45,460 nucleotides of DNA from Trueperaceae bacterium (GTDB lineage Bacteria > Deinococcota > Deinococci > Deinococcales > Trueperaceae), in NCBI GenBank assembly GCA_035703635.1, contig DASSXV010000001.1, positions 1-45,460 on the forward strand. The letters run 5' to 3'. The notes below the pieces were generated by a model. The model did no database searches. It saw only the letters and a list, made by a program, of their open reading frames with translations, and had not been told where the DNA came from. The position numbers and the translations under genes are program-made. Below, piece after piece: positions 1-9,635 of the stretch (its first letter is position 1; each line of letters begins with the position of its first letter).

Positions 1-111
1 GGAGTTCGCGGTAGGCTATTGCGCGATGCGCTGCTCGCCCTCGGCGTGCCAAGGAACGAAGCGTATCGCCTAGCCCTCGACCACCCGGAAGACGACTCCA
101 GCACGGAGTAA
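1..111 (+). CDS. 3' end of a gene entering the window, probably 16S rRNA C1402 2'-O-methyltransferase RsmI (partial)
   Basis: Frame 1 is open to TAA at 109-111: GVRGRLLRDALLALGVPRNEAYRLALDHPEDDSSTE*. This resembles the RsmI C-terminal 'G.p+n..Y..aL' helix. Only 36 aa are visible. Confidence 0.5.
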   Translation, partial: GVRGRLLRDALLALGVPRNEAYRLALDHPEDDSSTE

Positions 112-156
112 GGCTTCGCGGGGGCGGAGGCATGCCGCCCACCGGAAGGTCGATCT

Positions 157-3100
157 GTGAGTGAACAAGGCAGCGCGCCAAGCATAGTCGTCGAAGCACC
201 GAATGCAGCCGCACCAGAGGTAGCTGCTGGCGGGCGGTACCTCGGCGTTTCCGCCGTCGCGCGGCTCATGACCTTCGCGCGCCACTCTGGCCCCGCCGTG
301 CTCGTCACTACCGCGGACAGGGTGGGACTGTTCCAGGACAGCCACCTGTTCGGGTCGCTGCGCTCCATCGACCCGACCCTCGCCGATTGGCACGAGAAGC
401 ACGAGAAGGTCGTACTAACCTTGGGGCACGCGTTGGCGGCGTTCCCCGAGCGGCCGGAGAGTTACGCTTTCGAACTCATCAAGGGCCGTAGTTACGCCCG
501 CGATGCCCTCCTAGAGCGACTGGTGGCGTACGGCTTCACGCGTGACGCTGCTCCCGGCTTCACGGTGCGTGGCGACACTGTCACCATCTACCGCGAGGCG
601 CTGCCGCAGTCGGAAGACGAGGCCGACGATGACGACGTCACGACGTTCCCAGACGCCCCACCCGGCAGCGTGCGGCTCGAGTTCTTCGGCGATGAACTGG
701 ACGCCCTCACTGGCGCAGGGGTGGCGTTGGAGCGCATCGTGTTGGCTCCAAGGAGTCTCTCTGAGGCAACGCTTGAGGAGCTGACCACCCGCCTGCTGGC
801 CACCGTGCCAGGAACCGTGTTCCTCGACGCACCGGAACTCTACCCAGGCGACTTGAGCGCGGACGCCAACGACTGGCTGTGGCGGCATCTGGCCGAGCGC
901 GATGTCGTGTCGTTCGGCCGCGACCCACTCGTAGGCCTCGAGGACAGCAAGCCCGGCCTAGACGCGCTGCCCTACTACCGCGGCAAGTTGAGCGACCTCA
1001 CCAGCGACTTGCACATGTGGTTGCGAGACGGTTACTCCGTGCAGCTCCTCCTCAAGTTCGAGCGCTCTGGCCGCTACCTGAGGGAGCGCGTCATCGACAC
1101 GTTCGAGTCGCATTGGCGCAACCACGTCGAAGACCACCCTGGCAAGATCACGCTGATGTTGGCGCCAGGCGCCCTTGGCGGCTACAAGTCGGATACTCGC
1201 AAGGAAGTCGTCCTCACGGAGGAACTCCTCTACGGCTACCAGGGCGGCCGCAAGGCCACCAAGCTCGCTGGCAAACGTGTCCACGACGCCGCCCAACTGA
1301 CCGTCGGTGACTACCTCATCCACCCGGATCACGGCATCGGGCGCTTTGTGGCGCTCGAGCCGCGCACCGTAGTCGGGGTCGCGCGTGATTACCTGCAACT
1401 GCAGTATGCGGGCGAGGGCAAACTCTACCTGCCCGTCGAGCTGCTGCCCCTCCTTCGCCGGCACCCAGGCACGACCGACGACCCGCCGCGGCTCTCTACC
1501 CTCGGCACGAACGAGTGGGCGAGGGCGCGCGAGAAGGCGCGGGCGAGCGCGGAGGTACTAGCAGCCGAACTCATCAAGACCTACGCGAAGCGCCAAGTCA
1601 GCAAGGGCACGAAGCTGCCAGCAGTGCCTGAGTGGGACGTGCTCATCGAGCAGAACTGCCCGTTCGTGCTCACGCGCGACCAACGCGACGCCGTCGCCGC
1701 CGTGCTGCAAGACATGGGGCGCGAAGTGCCGATGGAGCGGCTCGTCTCCGGCGACGTGGGCTTCGGTAAGACTGAGGTCGCCATCCGCGCAGCGCACCGC
1801 GCCGTCGGCAACTCAGCGCAGGTGGCCGTGCTCGTGCCTACCACGGTGCTTGCGCGCCAGCATTTCGAGACGTTCCGCGAGCGCTTCGCTGGTCTGCCCG
1901 TCAGCATCGAGATGTTGTCGCGCTTCACGAGCGACGCGCAAGCGCGGGCGGCGCTCAAGGGCCTCAAGGAAGGCACCGTCGACATCGTGGTGGGCACGCA
2001 TAGGCTGCTCAACGAGGCCATCGAGTACAAGAACCTTGGCCTGCTCATCGTTGACGAGGAGCACCGCTTCGGGGTCGGGCAGAAGGAACGCCTCAAGGGC
2101 CTCAAGGCGAACCTCGACGTGCTGTCGCTATCAGCCACGCCCATCCCGCGCACGCTTTACATGAGCTTGGTCGGCTTGCGCGACGTGTCGCAGATCATGA
2201 CGCCGCCGCAGGGCCGCAAACCCATCCAGACCGTGCTGCAACCGTACGACCCGCTGGTGGTGCGCCAGGCGGTGCTGTTCGAGCTGGAGCGCGGTGGCAA
2301 GGTCTTCTACATCCACGACCGTATCGGCTCCATCGGCCTTCGAGCTCGCACACTCGGGCAACTCGTGCCCGAGGCACGCGTCGGTGTGGCGCACGGGCAG
2401 ATGGGGGAGGCCGAACTCGAGGAGATCATCCTCGGCTTCGAGGAGGGCGCGTACGACGTGCTCCTCTCGACCACCATCGTCGAGTCGGGCCTAGACATCG
2501 CTGGCGCCAACACGCTGCTCATCGAACGTGCCGACCGCCTCGGCCTGGCGCAGCTCTACCAGTTGCGCGGACGCGTCGGCAGGCGCGAGACGGAAGCGTG
2601 GGCATACATGCTCTACCCTGGCAGGTTGACGGAGCAGGCGCAACGCAGGCTTTACGCCATCGCGGAGCTGAACGACCTAGGCTCCGGTCACCTGCTAGCC
2701 GAGAAGGACATGGAGATCCGCGGCGTTGGCAACCTCTTGGGGCCAGAGCAGCACGGCAACATCAGCGCGGTGTCGCTCGCGGTCTACACGGAGATGCTGG
2801 CCGAAGAGGTGGCCAAGCTCAAGGGCGAGCTGCGCGCGGCCGAGGTGCCGCAAGTGACGGTCGATCTCTCGTTGGACGCGCGCCTGAGCCCCACTTACAT
2901 TCAAGACGACGCCGTGCGCATCAACTACTACGGCCGGCTAGCAGCCACCGCCAGCTTGGCTGAGGTCAACCGCATAGCCAAGGAGATGCGCGAGGCGTAC
3001 GGACCGTTCTCGCCCGAGGTGAGGGCGTTCGTCGAGCTGACGCGCCTGCGCCTGCTGGCTGGCGCGAAGGGCGTCGCGACCATCAAGGAGCACATGACGG

Positions 3101-3282
3101 ACGTGCAGGTTTCGATGCGCGATGACCTCGAGTCGCTCGATTACGACGCCAAGCGCCTGAAGGCCCTGCCGTTTCAGGTCGAGCCGACGCGCTACCCGCC
3201 CGGCTTCAGCGTCAAGAAGCGTGGGCTGAAGGACGTGGAGGTCCCCGCGGCCCTCATGGAGTTGCTCTACCTGGTCGGCTAA
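157..3282 (+). CDS. mfd: Transcription-repair coupling factor Mfd
   Basis: CarD/RID domain (HPDHGIGRF), Walker [13 protein letters not shown] box, [19 protein letters not shown] motif [12 protein letters not shown], and C-terminal TRCF domain. The N-terminal UvrB-homology part is short. Confidence 0.97.
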   Translation: MSEQGSAPSIVVEAPNAAAPEVAAGGRYLGVSAVARLMTFARHSGPAVLVTTADRVGLFQDSHLFGSLRSIDPTLADWHEKHEKVVLTLGHALAAFPERPESYAFELIKGRSYARDALLERLVAYGFTRDAAPGFTVRGDTVTIYREALPQSEDEADDDDVTTFPDAPPGSVRLEFFGDELDALTGAGVALERIVLAPRSLSEATLEELTTRLLATVPGTVFLDAPELYPGDLSADANDWLWRHLAERDVVSFGRDPLVGLEDSKPGLDALPYYRGKLSDLTSDLHMWLRDGYSVQLLLKFERSGRYLRERVIDTFESHWRNHVEDHPGKITLMLAPGALGGYKSDTRKEVVLTEELLYGYQGGRKATKLAGKRVHDAAQLTVGDYLIHPDHGIGRFVALEPRTVVGVARDYLQLQYAGEGKLYLPVELLPLLRRHPGTTDDPPRLSTLGTNEWARAREKARASAEVLAAELIKTYAKRQVSKGTKLPAVPEWDVLIEQNCPFVLTRDQRDAVAAVLQDMGREVPMERLVSGDVGFGKTEVAIRAAHRAVGNSAQVAVLVPTTVLARQHFETFRERFAGLPVSIEMLSRFTSDAQARAALKGLKEGTVDIVVGTHRLLNEAIEYKNLGLLIVDEEHRFGVGQKERLKGLKANLDVLSLSATPIPRTLYMSLVGLRDVSQIMTPPQGRKPIQTVLQPYDPLVVRQAVLFELERGGKVFYIHDRIGSIGLRARTLGQLVPEARVGVAHGQMGEAELEEIILGFEEGAYDVLLSTTIVESGLDIAGANTLLIERADRLGLAQLYQLRGRVGRRETEAWAYMLYPGRLTEQAQRRLYAIAELNDLGSGHLLAEKDMEIRGVGNLLGPEQHGNISAVSLAVYTEMLAEEVAKLKGELRAAEVPQVTVDLSLDARLSPTYIQDDAVRINYYGRLAATASLAEVNRIAKEMREAYGPFSPEVRAFVELTRLRLLAGAKGVATIKEHMTDVQVSMRDDLESLDYDAKRLKALPFQVEPTRYPPGFSVKKRGLKDVEVPAALMELLYLVG

Positions 3283-3305
3283 GCGGTTCAGCTCCCTAAC
3301 GCAGA

Positions 3306-3333
3306 GCGCCCCGCGGTGTGACCCGCGGGGCGC
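3306..3333. terminator. Hairpin between convergent mfd and OMP gene, likely terminator
   Basis: GCGCCCCGCGG (3306-3316), loop TGTGAC, CCGCGGGGCGC (3323-3333): 11-bp perfect stem. No strong U-tract on either strand. Confidence 0.7.
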
Positions 3334-3355
3334 CTTGCATTAGGGGTTAGTGCGC

Positions 3356-3814
3356 TTAGAAGTGGTAGTTGAAGCCGAGGCGGCCAGCGACGCCGAAGCC
3401 GAACGACGGGATGACGCCGATGGACGGGCCGACTTCGAGGAAGACGCCGCCCTGTGGGAGACCAGCGCTAGCGAGGCTGAACTCGCCACCGACGAAGGCG
3501 TTGATGCCGAGCGCTACGCCAGAGCCGATACCGAGCCCGACGCCGCCACCGACGTACACCTGGATCGGGGCGTCGCCCATGTCGACCGCGAGGTCGTAGA
3601 GGACATCCGCGCCGAGGGCGAAGCCGCCGGTACCGATGTAGTTGTAGCCCGCGTTGAGGCGGACGGCCAGGTTGGGCGCGACGTCGTCGATGCCGAAGTG
3701 GAGCGCGGCACCTGGGTAACCGGCGCTAACACCGGCCCACATTCCGCTTTGGGCGAAGGCTGCACCGGCACCAAGGGCGGCGACGGCGATCAGGGTAACC
3801 AGAAACTTGCGCAT
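3356..3814 (-). CDS. Small outer-membrane beta-barrel protein (~8 strands, 152 aa)
   Basis: ATG at 3814 with GGAGG SD. Signal peptide MRKFLVTLIAVAALGAGAAFA|Q, eight amphipathic Gly/aromatic strands, and C-terminal RLGFNYHF beta-signal. Confidence 0.85.
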   Translation of the reverse strand: MRKFLVTLIAVAALGAGAAFAQSGMWAGVSAGYPGAALHFGIDDVAPNLAVRLNAGYNYIGTGGFALGADVLYDLAVDMGDAPIQVYVGGGVGLGIGSGVALGINAFVGGEFSLASAGLPQGGVFLEVGPSIGVIPSFGFGVAGRLGFNYHF

Positions 3815-3869
3815 GCGAACCCTCCAAACGAATCTGAGAAGAGAGAATTGCGTTCTCCTCGCCTGCCCG

Positions 3870-3898
3870 GTTATATCACGCCGATTTCGAGGCGACAA
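3870..3898 (-). promoter_or_regulatory. Sigma70-type promoter of the OMP gene
   Basis: Minus strand TTGTCG (3898-3893), 17-nt spacer ending in TGA (extended -10), TATAAC (3875-3870). Confidence 0.55.
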
Positions 3899-3970
3899 GT
3901 CAGGGTTCTCACTTGAATCCGATGGGAATCGGTGTTTCTTGAGCCGACTGCCACGCTGTGCTCATCTTTA

Positions 3971-4327
3971 CTAGTTACTGCTACCGAACCGCTCGCTTGC
4001 GCGCCTGCGGGCGTCCCGCGGTAGCGGCGTCGCGCGGTTGCACGTCGGCAGTGCGCCACTGTTAGCCGCGCGGTACTCCTCTAGGAGGCGCGCTTCCTCG
4101 GCCTGCGGCACTGCGGTGTAAGCGTAGCGCCAGAAGCAGACGTTCTGTGCGACGCAACCACCCCTCGCGAGATGTTGCCTGATGCGGTTCGGAACGTCAG
4201 TGGCCGACTGGCCGATGTAGATGACGCTGCGCTCGGCGTTAGCTAACTCGTAGACGCCAGGCATGGCGTCACGCCCCCTGGGCGCTGGCAGGCGCTCGAG
4301 GGACCGCCACCGGGCGGCTAGCGGCAC
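3971..4327 (-). CDS. Stand-alone GIY-YIG superfamily protein (~118 aa)
   Basis: GVYEL...VIYIGQS...NRIRQH...EE motif pattern. Likely GTG start at 4327, 4 nt after the era stop. Confidence 0.7.
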   Translation of the reverse strand: MPLAARWRSLERLPAPRGRDAMPGVYELANAERSVIYIGQSATDVPNRIRQHLARGGCVAQNVCFWRYAYTAVPQAEEARLLEEYRAANSGALPTCNRATPLPRDARRRASERFGSSN

Positions 4328-4331
4328 GCCC

Positions 4332-5285
4332 TCAAGGCTCGTAACCCAACTCGCGGAGGGCCTCGCGGTCCTCGCGCCAAGCGGAGCGCACCACGACTTC
4401 AAGGTCGAGGTAGATCTGATCCTGGATGAAGATCTCGAGCTGCTTGCGGGCCATCTTGCCGATCTCGCGGACCATGGCGCCGCCTTTGCCGATGACGATG
4501 CGCCTGTGACCCGTCTTCTCGACCCAGATCTCTGCCGTTATCACGATGGGGTGGCCGTCCTTCGCGTCCTCCCATGACGTCACCTGCACGGCAACGCTGT
4601 AAGGCAGCTCCTCGCGCAAGTGGATCATGGCCGCCTCGCGGATGAGCTCGCCAGCCCACTGCTCACGTGACTGGTCCGAGCGGATGTTGGCTGGATAGAA
4701 GAAGGGGCCCTCGTTGAGGAGGTCCATCAGGTCGTCGCGCAGGGCGTAGACGGCCTTCGGGTCGTTCAGGGCGGAGATCGACAACGCGCGCTTCGCTTGC
4801 GGCGCGAGGTCCTTGTAGAGCTGCAGCGCCTCGTCCGGGTACTTGGCCGCGTCGACCTTGTTGCCAACGATGATCAGCGGGATGGGGCCAAGCGCACCGC
4901 CGAGGAGCCGCGCTACGGACTTGTCCTCGTCGTTCGGTGGCCTGCGCAGGTCTACGACCCAGAGGACGGCGTCGACGTCGATGATGGCGTCACGCACCTC
5001 GCGGTGCATGGCCTGGTCGAGCGCGCTGCCAGCTCCCTTGTGGAACCCGGGCGTGTCTACGAACACTAACTGGCGATCGAGATCCGTGTAGATGCCCCGC
5101 ACGCCGCGCCGGGTAGTCTGCGGCTTCGGGGTGATGGGAGCGACCTTCACGCCCAGCATGGTGTTCAGGAGCGTGGACTTACCCACGTTGGGCTTACCGA
5201 CGATGGCAACGAAGCCACTGCGCGTCGGTCGCCCTTCACCGCCGAATGGGTTGGCGGCACCGTCTTGTACTCGTTCTTCGCTCAA
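4332..5285 (-). CDS. era: GTPase Era
   Basis: GKPNVGKS (G1), PQTTR (G2), DTPG (G3), NKVD (G4), C-terminal KH domain (VIGKGGAMVREIG). TTG start with AGAGGA SD. Confidence 0.96.
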   Translation of the reverse strand: MSEERVQDGAANPFGGEGRPTRSGFVAIVGKPNVGKSTLLNTMLGVKVAPITPKPQTTRRGVRGIYTDLDRQLVFVDTPGFHKGAGSALDQAMHREVRDAIIDVDAVLWVVDLRRPPNDEDKSVARLLGGALGPIPLIIVGNKVDAAKYPDEALQLYKDLAPQAKRALSISALNDPKAVYALRDDLMDLLNEGPFFYPANIRSDQSREQWAGELIREAAMIHLREELPYSVAVQVTSWEDAKDGHPIVITAEIWVEKTGHRRIVIGKGGAMVREIGKMARKQLEIFIQDQIYLDLEVVVRSAWREDREALRELGYEP

Positions 5286-5356
5286 GTCTTTCCTCTCGCG
5301 GCCGACCTCGGCCTACCGACCATGCTAGTTCTTTGGCGCCCCGCTTGCGAGCCCTG

Positions 5357-6595
5357 TCAGACGGCCTTGCGCCTGAAAGCTGCGCTGAGGGCCGGATACG
5401 CGAGCAGGGAGAGGACAGCGAGGCCGAGCGCTAGCGGGAGTGGCCCCTGGTCAGCGAACGCTGCCACGAAGCTGCCGAGTGCCGTGCCCAACGACAGCTG
5501 GGCGAAGCCCATCAGCCCGGACGCCATGCCTGCCCGCTGCTTGTGCGGGTCGAGCGCTACGGCGGTGCCGTTCCCTAGGATGAGCGAGAAGGTAACGAAG
5601 AACGCCATGAGGTTGACGACGAACGACCAGAGCGTGACTGCGCCGAGCGCGACTTGCGCGACCAGCACGAGGCTTACGACGACGAAGGCAGGCGCGGTGA
5701 AGCGCAGGATGTCGGCTGGCGCGTAGCGCCTCAACAGCCTGACGTTCAGCGGTTGAGCGAAGAACGTGGTGGACGCCACGCCCGCGAACACGATGGCGAA
5801 GCCGGTCGCGTCCAGTCCGAAGTAGCCCATGTATAGAGCCGGCGCGGACAACAGGTACGCCATGAGGCCCGCGTAAGCGAGCGCCATGACGACGACCGTC
5901 CAGGCCGAGGTCGGGTTGGTGAAGATGAGGCGCCCGTTCGTCCAGATACCGCGTAGCCTCAGCGCGTTCGGGTCGCGCTCCGCGGCGGTCTCCGGCAGCA
6001 CTAGCCACACGAGCAGTGCCAGGGCCACGGCAACCGCGACGAGGAACAGGAAGATCGCCCGCCACTCTGCGACGTTGAGGAGCAGGCTCCCGACGGCCGG
6101 CGCCAGCAGCGGGGCTGCGGCGAAGAAGATCATCGCGAAGGAGAGCATGCGCCCAAGCTCCCGACCCTGGTAGAGGTCGCGCAGCACGGCGCGGGCGAGG
6201 ATCGGTCCAGCCGAGGCGCCGAGGCCTTGCACGAAGCGTCCAAGGAGGAGCATGGTGAGCGTCGGGGACGCCCAAGACACTACGGAGCCGATCAGGTAGA
6301 TGCCGAGCCCGACGAGGAGTACAGGGCGCCTGCCGAAGCGGTCAGCTAGCGACCCGACGATGAGGTGGGGTAGGGCGTAACCCAGCATGAAGACGCTGAC
6401 GACGCTCTGGATGGAGGCGTCACTGACCCCGAAGTAGGCGGCCATGGCGGGGAACGCGGGCAGCATGGCGTCGGTGGCGAGGGCGCTGACGGTCATGAGG
6501 GCGCCGACGACAACCAGCAGTGTGAGGGGGGCGATCGCGCGAGCTTGCTTGGCAGAGCTGCGGTTGAGCGCGCTGGTGGTCTGCTTGGTACTCAT
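5357..6595 (-). CDS. Bcr/CflA-family MFS multidrug efflux transporter
   Basis: ATDAMLPAFP, motif A GSLADRFGRRPV, GRFVQGLG, LPET, and about 12 TM segments. Start placed at ATG 6595 (MSTKQ) after GGAAGG. Confidence 0.9.
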   Translation of the reverse strand: MSTKQTTSALNRSSAKQARAIAPLTLLVVVGALMTVSALATDAMLPAFPAMAAYFGVSDASIQSVVSVFMLGYALPHLIVGSLADRFGRRPVLLVGLGIYLIGSVVSWASPTLTMLLLGRFVQGLGASAGPILARAVLRDLYQGRELGRMLSFAMIFFAAAPLLAPAVGSLLLNVAEWRAIFLFLVAVAVALALLVWLVLPETAAERDPNALRLRGIWTNGRLIFTNPTSAWTVVVMALAYAGLMAYLLSAPALYMGYFGLDATGFAIVFAGVASTTFFAQPLNVRLLRRYAPADILRFTAPAFVVVSLVLVAQVALGAVTLWSFVVNLMAFFVTFSLILGNGTAVALDPHKQRAGMASGLMGFAQLSLGTALGSFVAAFADQGPLPLALGLAVLSLLAYPALSAAFRRKAV

Positions 6596-6652
6596 TCTGC
6601 CTTCCTGCAAGCGGTCACGGCGGCCCGCCTTGGCTCGGTGCGGGTCGAAACG

Positions 6653-6683
6653 TCTTAGGGCCACCGCTTGGGTGGCCCTAAGA
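6653..6683 (-). terminator. Hairpin terminator downstream of tRNA-fMet
   Basis: TCTTAGGGCCACC / GGTGGCCCTAAGA 13-bp perfect stem with 5-nt loop, starting 6 nt past the tRNA CCA and followed by CGTTT on the minus strand. Confidence 0.8.
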
Positions 6684-6689
6684 GTGCGT

Positions 6690-6766
<77 letters not shown>

Positions 6767-6816
6767 CCGTTCTCTATCCGCTCAGCGGACTGAGGCCCGC
6801 TGGTGACGCAAAAGCC

Positions 6817-6846
6817 AGTTTACGCGCAGAGCTTAGGGCATGTCAA
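6817..6846 (-). promoter_or_regulatory. tRNA promoter
   Basis: Minus strand TTGACA (6846-6841), 18-nt spacer, TAAACT (6822-6817). Confidence 0.75.
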
Positions 6847-6868
6847 GGCGGGACCATACGAGGCGTCG

Positions 6869-9319
6869 TCAGTCGCTCCAGTTGGCCCGGATCCTGCGGA
6901 TGCGGGCGGTGATCGCCGACTGACGATAGTCGGTTGGCGGGAGGCTGGCTCGGGCGGAGAGCCAGACCTCCAGGTCCGCGTCTAGGGTGGTACCGAGTTG
7001 GATCAGCGCGTCACTGTCGTTTGACGCCAAGATGGCCTGCTTGAGCGACTCCTCGATGAACTGCCGCAGGTCGATGATGGCGGGCGCGTCCGAGCCTGGG
7101 AGCAGCACGCCGCGGTAGAGGTTGAGGGCCGCCTGGAAGTCGCCGCTAGCTAGGCAATCTAGGAGTTCTACGAAGTCGGCGCGGAACGGCAAGTCGATCC
7201 TGTAAGGCGAGCTCGAGATGGGGAGCACCTTTCTCAGTCGCGAGACGGCGACCTTGGTGCGGCTGGCGTCGCCTTCGTCGCCGTGCTGGTACGCGTGCAG
7301 GCGCTCTGCGCTGAGGCCCTCAGGGTTCGCAGCTAGGAGCGCGATGATCTCGGAGTTGCGCTTGGACAACTGCACTTGCCCTGACTGGGTTTGCAGGTGT
7401 TGTCCTCCGAGGAACTGCAGTCCGATGGTGGCTCTACTCTTGGCGTTGACCGCGCGCAGTTCGGCTAGGCGCGGGTGGTTCGCGCTCAAGAGCTGCCAAC
7501 CGGAGTCGCTTAGTGGGTCAAGGTAAGTCGCGTAGTCACTCAGAATCTTCGTTGCAGCCACGTGGTCGTTGCTCTCGAACTTGCATATGGCGGCCCAGCA
7601 GGCGGCTTGAGCGATGTGAACCGCCGTCCCCTCCTGTAGCAGTGCGTCTAGCGCGGCCCGTAGTTCGGTTGCGGCGTTCTCGTCGAGCTTCCTCGCCCAC
7701 ACCATGCCGCGTAGGAGCTGCCCGAGCGCTCGCTCTTGCACCGAGCCGCCTCTACTGATCACGTACGCCCGGTCCGCGATCATCTCGGCCTGGTCGAGGT
7801 CGTTCTGAGCGAGCCTCAGAGCCACCAAGTCTAGGGCAGTTACGGCTGACACCTCCATCGGGGCGGCCTCGAAGTGCATCTGGTACATGGACTCCGACCT
7901 GCCGAGGTCGCCGGTGACGAGGTCGACGTCTCCCATGGTGGAGACGAGCGCCTCGAGGCCAGGCACGTTGATCAGCTCGGCGCCTGCCTCGACCCCGTCG
8001 AGGATGGCGCGCGCCTCGGCGGCGTCTCCGATCAGCAACGTCACGTACGCCAGGGTAGCCACTGCCGATAGCCTGCGCGTATGGTCGCGGACTTTGCGGC
8101 GAACCATCTCGGAGACGGCCCACCTGGCCCAGTTGGCGGCCTCGTGATACCTGCCCCTGCGGATCTCTAGTTGGGCGATGTCGATGCCACAGGCGATGAC
8201 TAGGTGGTGAGCGCCCTCGAACTCGGCGAGGCGCATGGCTTCTCTGAACATCACGAGCGGCATGTCGCGTTCGCCTTGCATGCCGAGGGCGAAACCGTGC
8301 GCGCGGAGCGTTACGGGCGTCTCTGCCCCAGCGATCGCCCTGCTCGTCTCCGACAACATGTCTAGCCCCGGGTGGGCCATGGCGACGGTGGCCCGCAGCT
8401 GCGGCGCCTCGGCCTGCAGCAGGATCTGCCGAACGCGGGGCATCAGCAACCACTGTTGGCCGACGGCGCTGGCGGCGGCGAAGCGCCAGAAGGCGAGCTC
8501 GGGGTGGTTCTTGATCTCGCTGGGAACTCCTGAGAGCCGCCCGAGCAAGTACGCGTGCTCGCCTTGGTTGAATAGCGCGTTCCCTGCTTGGCCGATGATG
8601 GCAGGGAGCCGGTCGGGAGTCCACATGCAGCTCCAGTCGAAGGCGGCCGTCCACATGGCGCGGTTCACGAAGCCATCGACGATCTGAGCGGGCAGCAGGG
8701 AGTTGGCGCCGTGTTGCTCGAGCGCCGCGCCACTGCTTGGTGCCGCCAGTCCGAAGAGGGCGGCTTGTAGCCCAAGGTAGCTGCCGTCACAGGCCGCGAG
8801 GACCTTAGCCAACTCTGCCTGGGAGAGCCGGTTGCCTGCCTCGAAGGTGGCTTCCTCGAGCGTTAGTTTGAGGCTTGGCAACTCGCACGCCGTTAGCCCT
8901 TCGAACTCGATGGGCGGCTCTGCCTCGTCGTGGACGACGATCAGCTCGCTGCGAGAGTCTAGTCGGCTGGTCAACGCGGTCACGAACGGCCCAAGCGCGC
9001 CCGCCCAACCGATGATGAGGCGTATGGGTCCGACGTAGCGCTGGTACTCGCACAAGACGGCGTTCATCTGGGCTAACGAGGTGGCATCGATGGTTAGCGA
9101 CGGTCCAAGCGACCTGGCTATCGAAGCCTTGAGTGCTGCGACGAGCACTCCTTCCGTTACCGGCGTCTGAGATACCCAGACCGACACCAACGGTAGCTCC
9201 CTGCCGTTCAAGGCCTCGCAGATGGCTTCGATACCGCTCTGGCGGCTGCAACTTAGCAGGGCCCTGCTTGGGAGCTGGGTCAGCTCGTCTTGAACCCTTG
9301 TCCTCCAGCCTCTTCCCAT
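6869..9319 (-). CDS. Large putative transcriptional regulator: helical TPR-like middle, C-terminal OmpR/SARP-type winged HTH plus BTAD-like segment
   Basis: C-terminus LQFLG...LSKRNSEIIALLAANPEGLSAERL...KVAVSRLRK...ALNLYRGVLLP is typical of SARP-like HTH-BTAD. Ala/Leu-rich helical repeats lie centrally. No intact Walker A. GAGGGG SD. Confidence 0.65.
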   Translation of the reverse strand: MGRGWRTRVQDELTQLPSRALLSCSRQSGIEAICEALNGRELPLVSVWVSQTPVTEGVLVAALKASIARSLGPSLTIDATSLAQMNAVLCEYQRYVGPIRLIIGWAGALGPFVTALTSRLDSRSELIVVHDEAEPPIEFEGLTACELPSLKLTLEEATFEAGNRLSQAELAKVLAACDGSYLGLQAALFGLAAPSSGAALEQHGANSLLPAQIVDGFVNRAMWTAAFDWSCMWTPDRLPAIIGQAGNALFNQGEHAYLLGRLSGVPSEIKNHPELAFWRFAAASAVGQQWLLMPRVRQILLQAEAPQLRATVAMAHPGLDMLSETSRAIAGAETPVTLRAHGFALGMQGERDMPLVMFREAMRLAEFEGAHHLVIACGIDIAQLEIRRGRYHEAANWARWAVSEMVRRKVRDHTRRLSAVATLAYVTLLIGDAAEARAILDGVEAGAELINVPGLEALVSTMGDVDLVTGDLGRSESMYQMHFEAAPMEVSAVTALDLVALRLAQNDLDQAEMIADRAYVISRGGSVQERALGQLLRGMVWARKLDENAATELRAALDALLQEGTAVHIAQAACWAAICKFESNDHVAATKILSDYATYLDPLSDSGWQLLSANHPRLAELRAVNAKSRATIGLQFLGGQHLQTQSGQVQLSKRNSEIIALLAANPEGLSAERLHAYQHGDEGDASRTKVAVSRLRKVLPISSSPYRIDLPFRADFVELLDCLASGDFQAALNLYRGVLLPGSDAPAIIDLRQFIEESLKQAILASNDSDALIQLGTTLDADLEVWLSARASLPPTDYRQSAITARIRRIRANWSD

Positions 9320-9466
9320 GCCGGTTGCCCCTCACAGCCTGTGAAAACGACGTAACAGGAAGTTACGTAGGTGCGGGACAGCCCAGTTGACGCGGGGGGC
9401 GATCCCTACCTGTGGTGCCGTTAGTGTTTGCTCTCACGATTGTCGCATAGCTGGCTTGCAGTGATG

Positions 9467-9498
9467 GTGGTGCACTAGGCTTTTGCCTAGTGCACCAC
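9467..9498. terminator. Strong isolated hairpin (14-bp perfect stem) in divergent intergenic region
   Basis: GTGGTGCACTAGGC-TTTT-GCCTAGTGCACCAC, followed by GCTCTCTTAT on the + strand. Confidence 0.5.
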
Positions 9499-9540
9499 GC
9501 TCTCTTATAGGGCTGGGCGGCACTGCGGTCGAGAACTTAC

Positions 9541-9549
9541 TGGTAGAGT
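9541..9549 (+). promoter_or_regulatory. Extended -10 promoter for the nhaA leader
   Basis: TGG-TAGAGT at 9541-9549; predicted TSS near 9556, at the first G of the RNA motif. Confidence 0.55.
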
Positions 9550-9555
9550 GCCACC

Positions 9556-9610
9556 GGGTGTTCGCCGCACTAGGCGGTCGAACAGGTTGATGCGCTGGTC
9601 GGGCCGCCGC
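9556..9610 (+). ncRNA. nhaA-I-like RNA motif (Li+-responsive riboswitch class)
   Basis: GGGT-[GTTCG-CCGC...GCGG-T-CGAAC hairpin]-AGG...CTGGTCGGGCCGCC directly 5' of nhaA. Matches my recollection of the nhaA-I consensus; not verified with a covariance model. Confidence 0.7.
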
Positions 9611-9635
9611 GCGGAACGCGGGAGTTACACCGACT

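Noticed and set aside
3971..4327. GIY-YIG gene as a homing endonuclease or intron element
   Set aside because: Too short, with no DNA-binding extension and no interrupted host gene.
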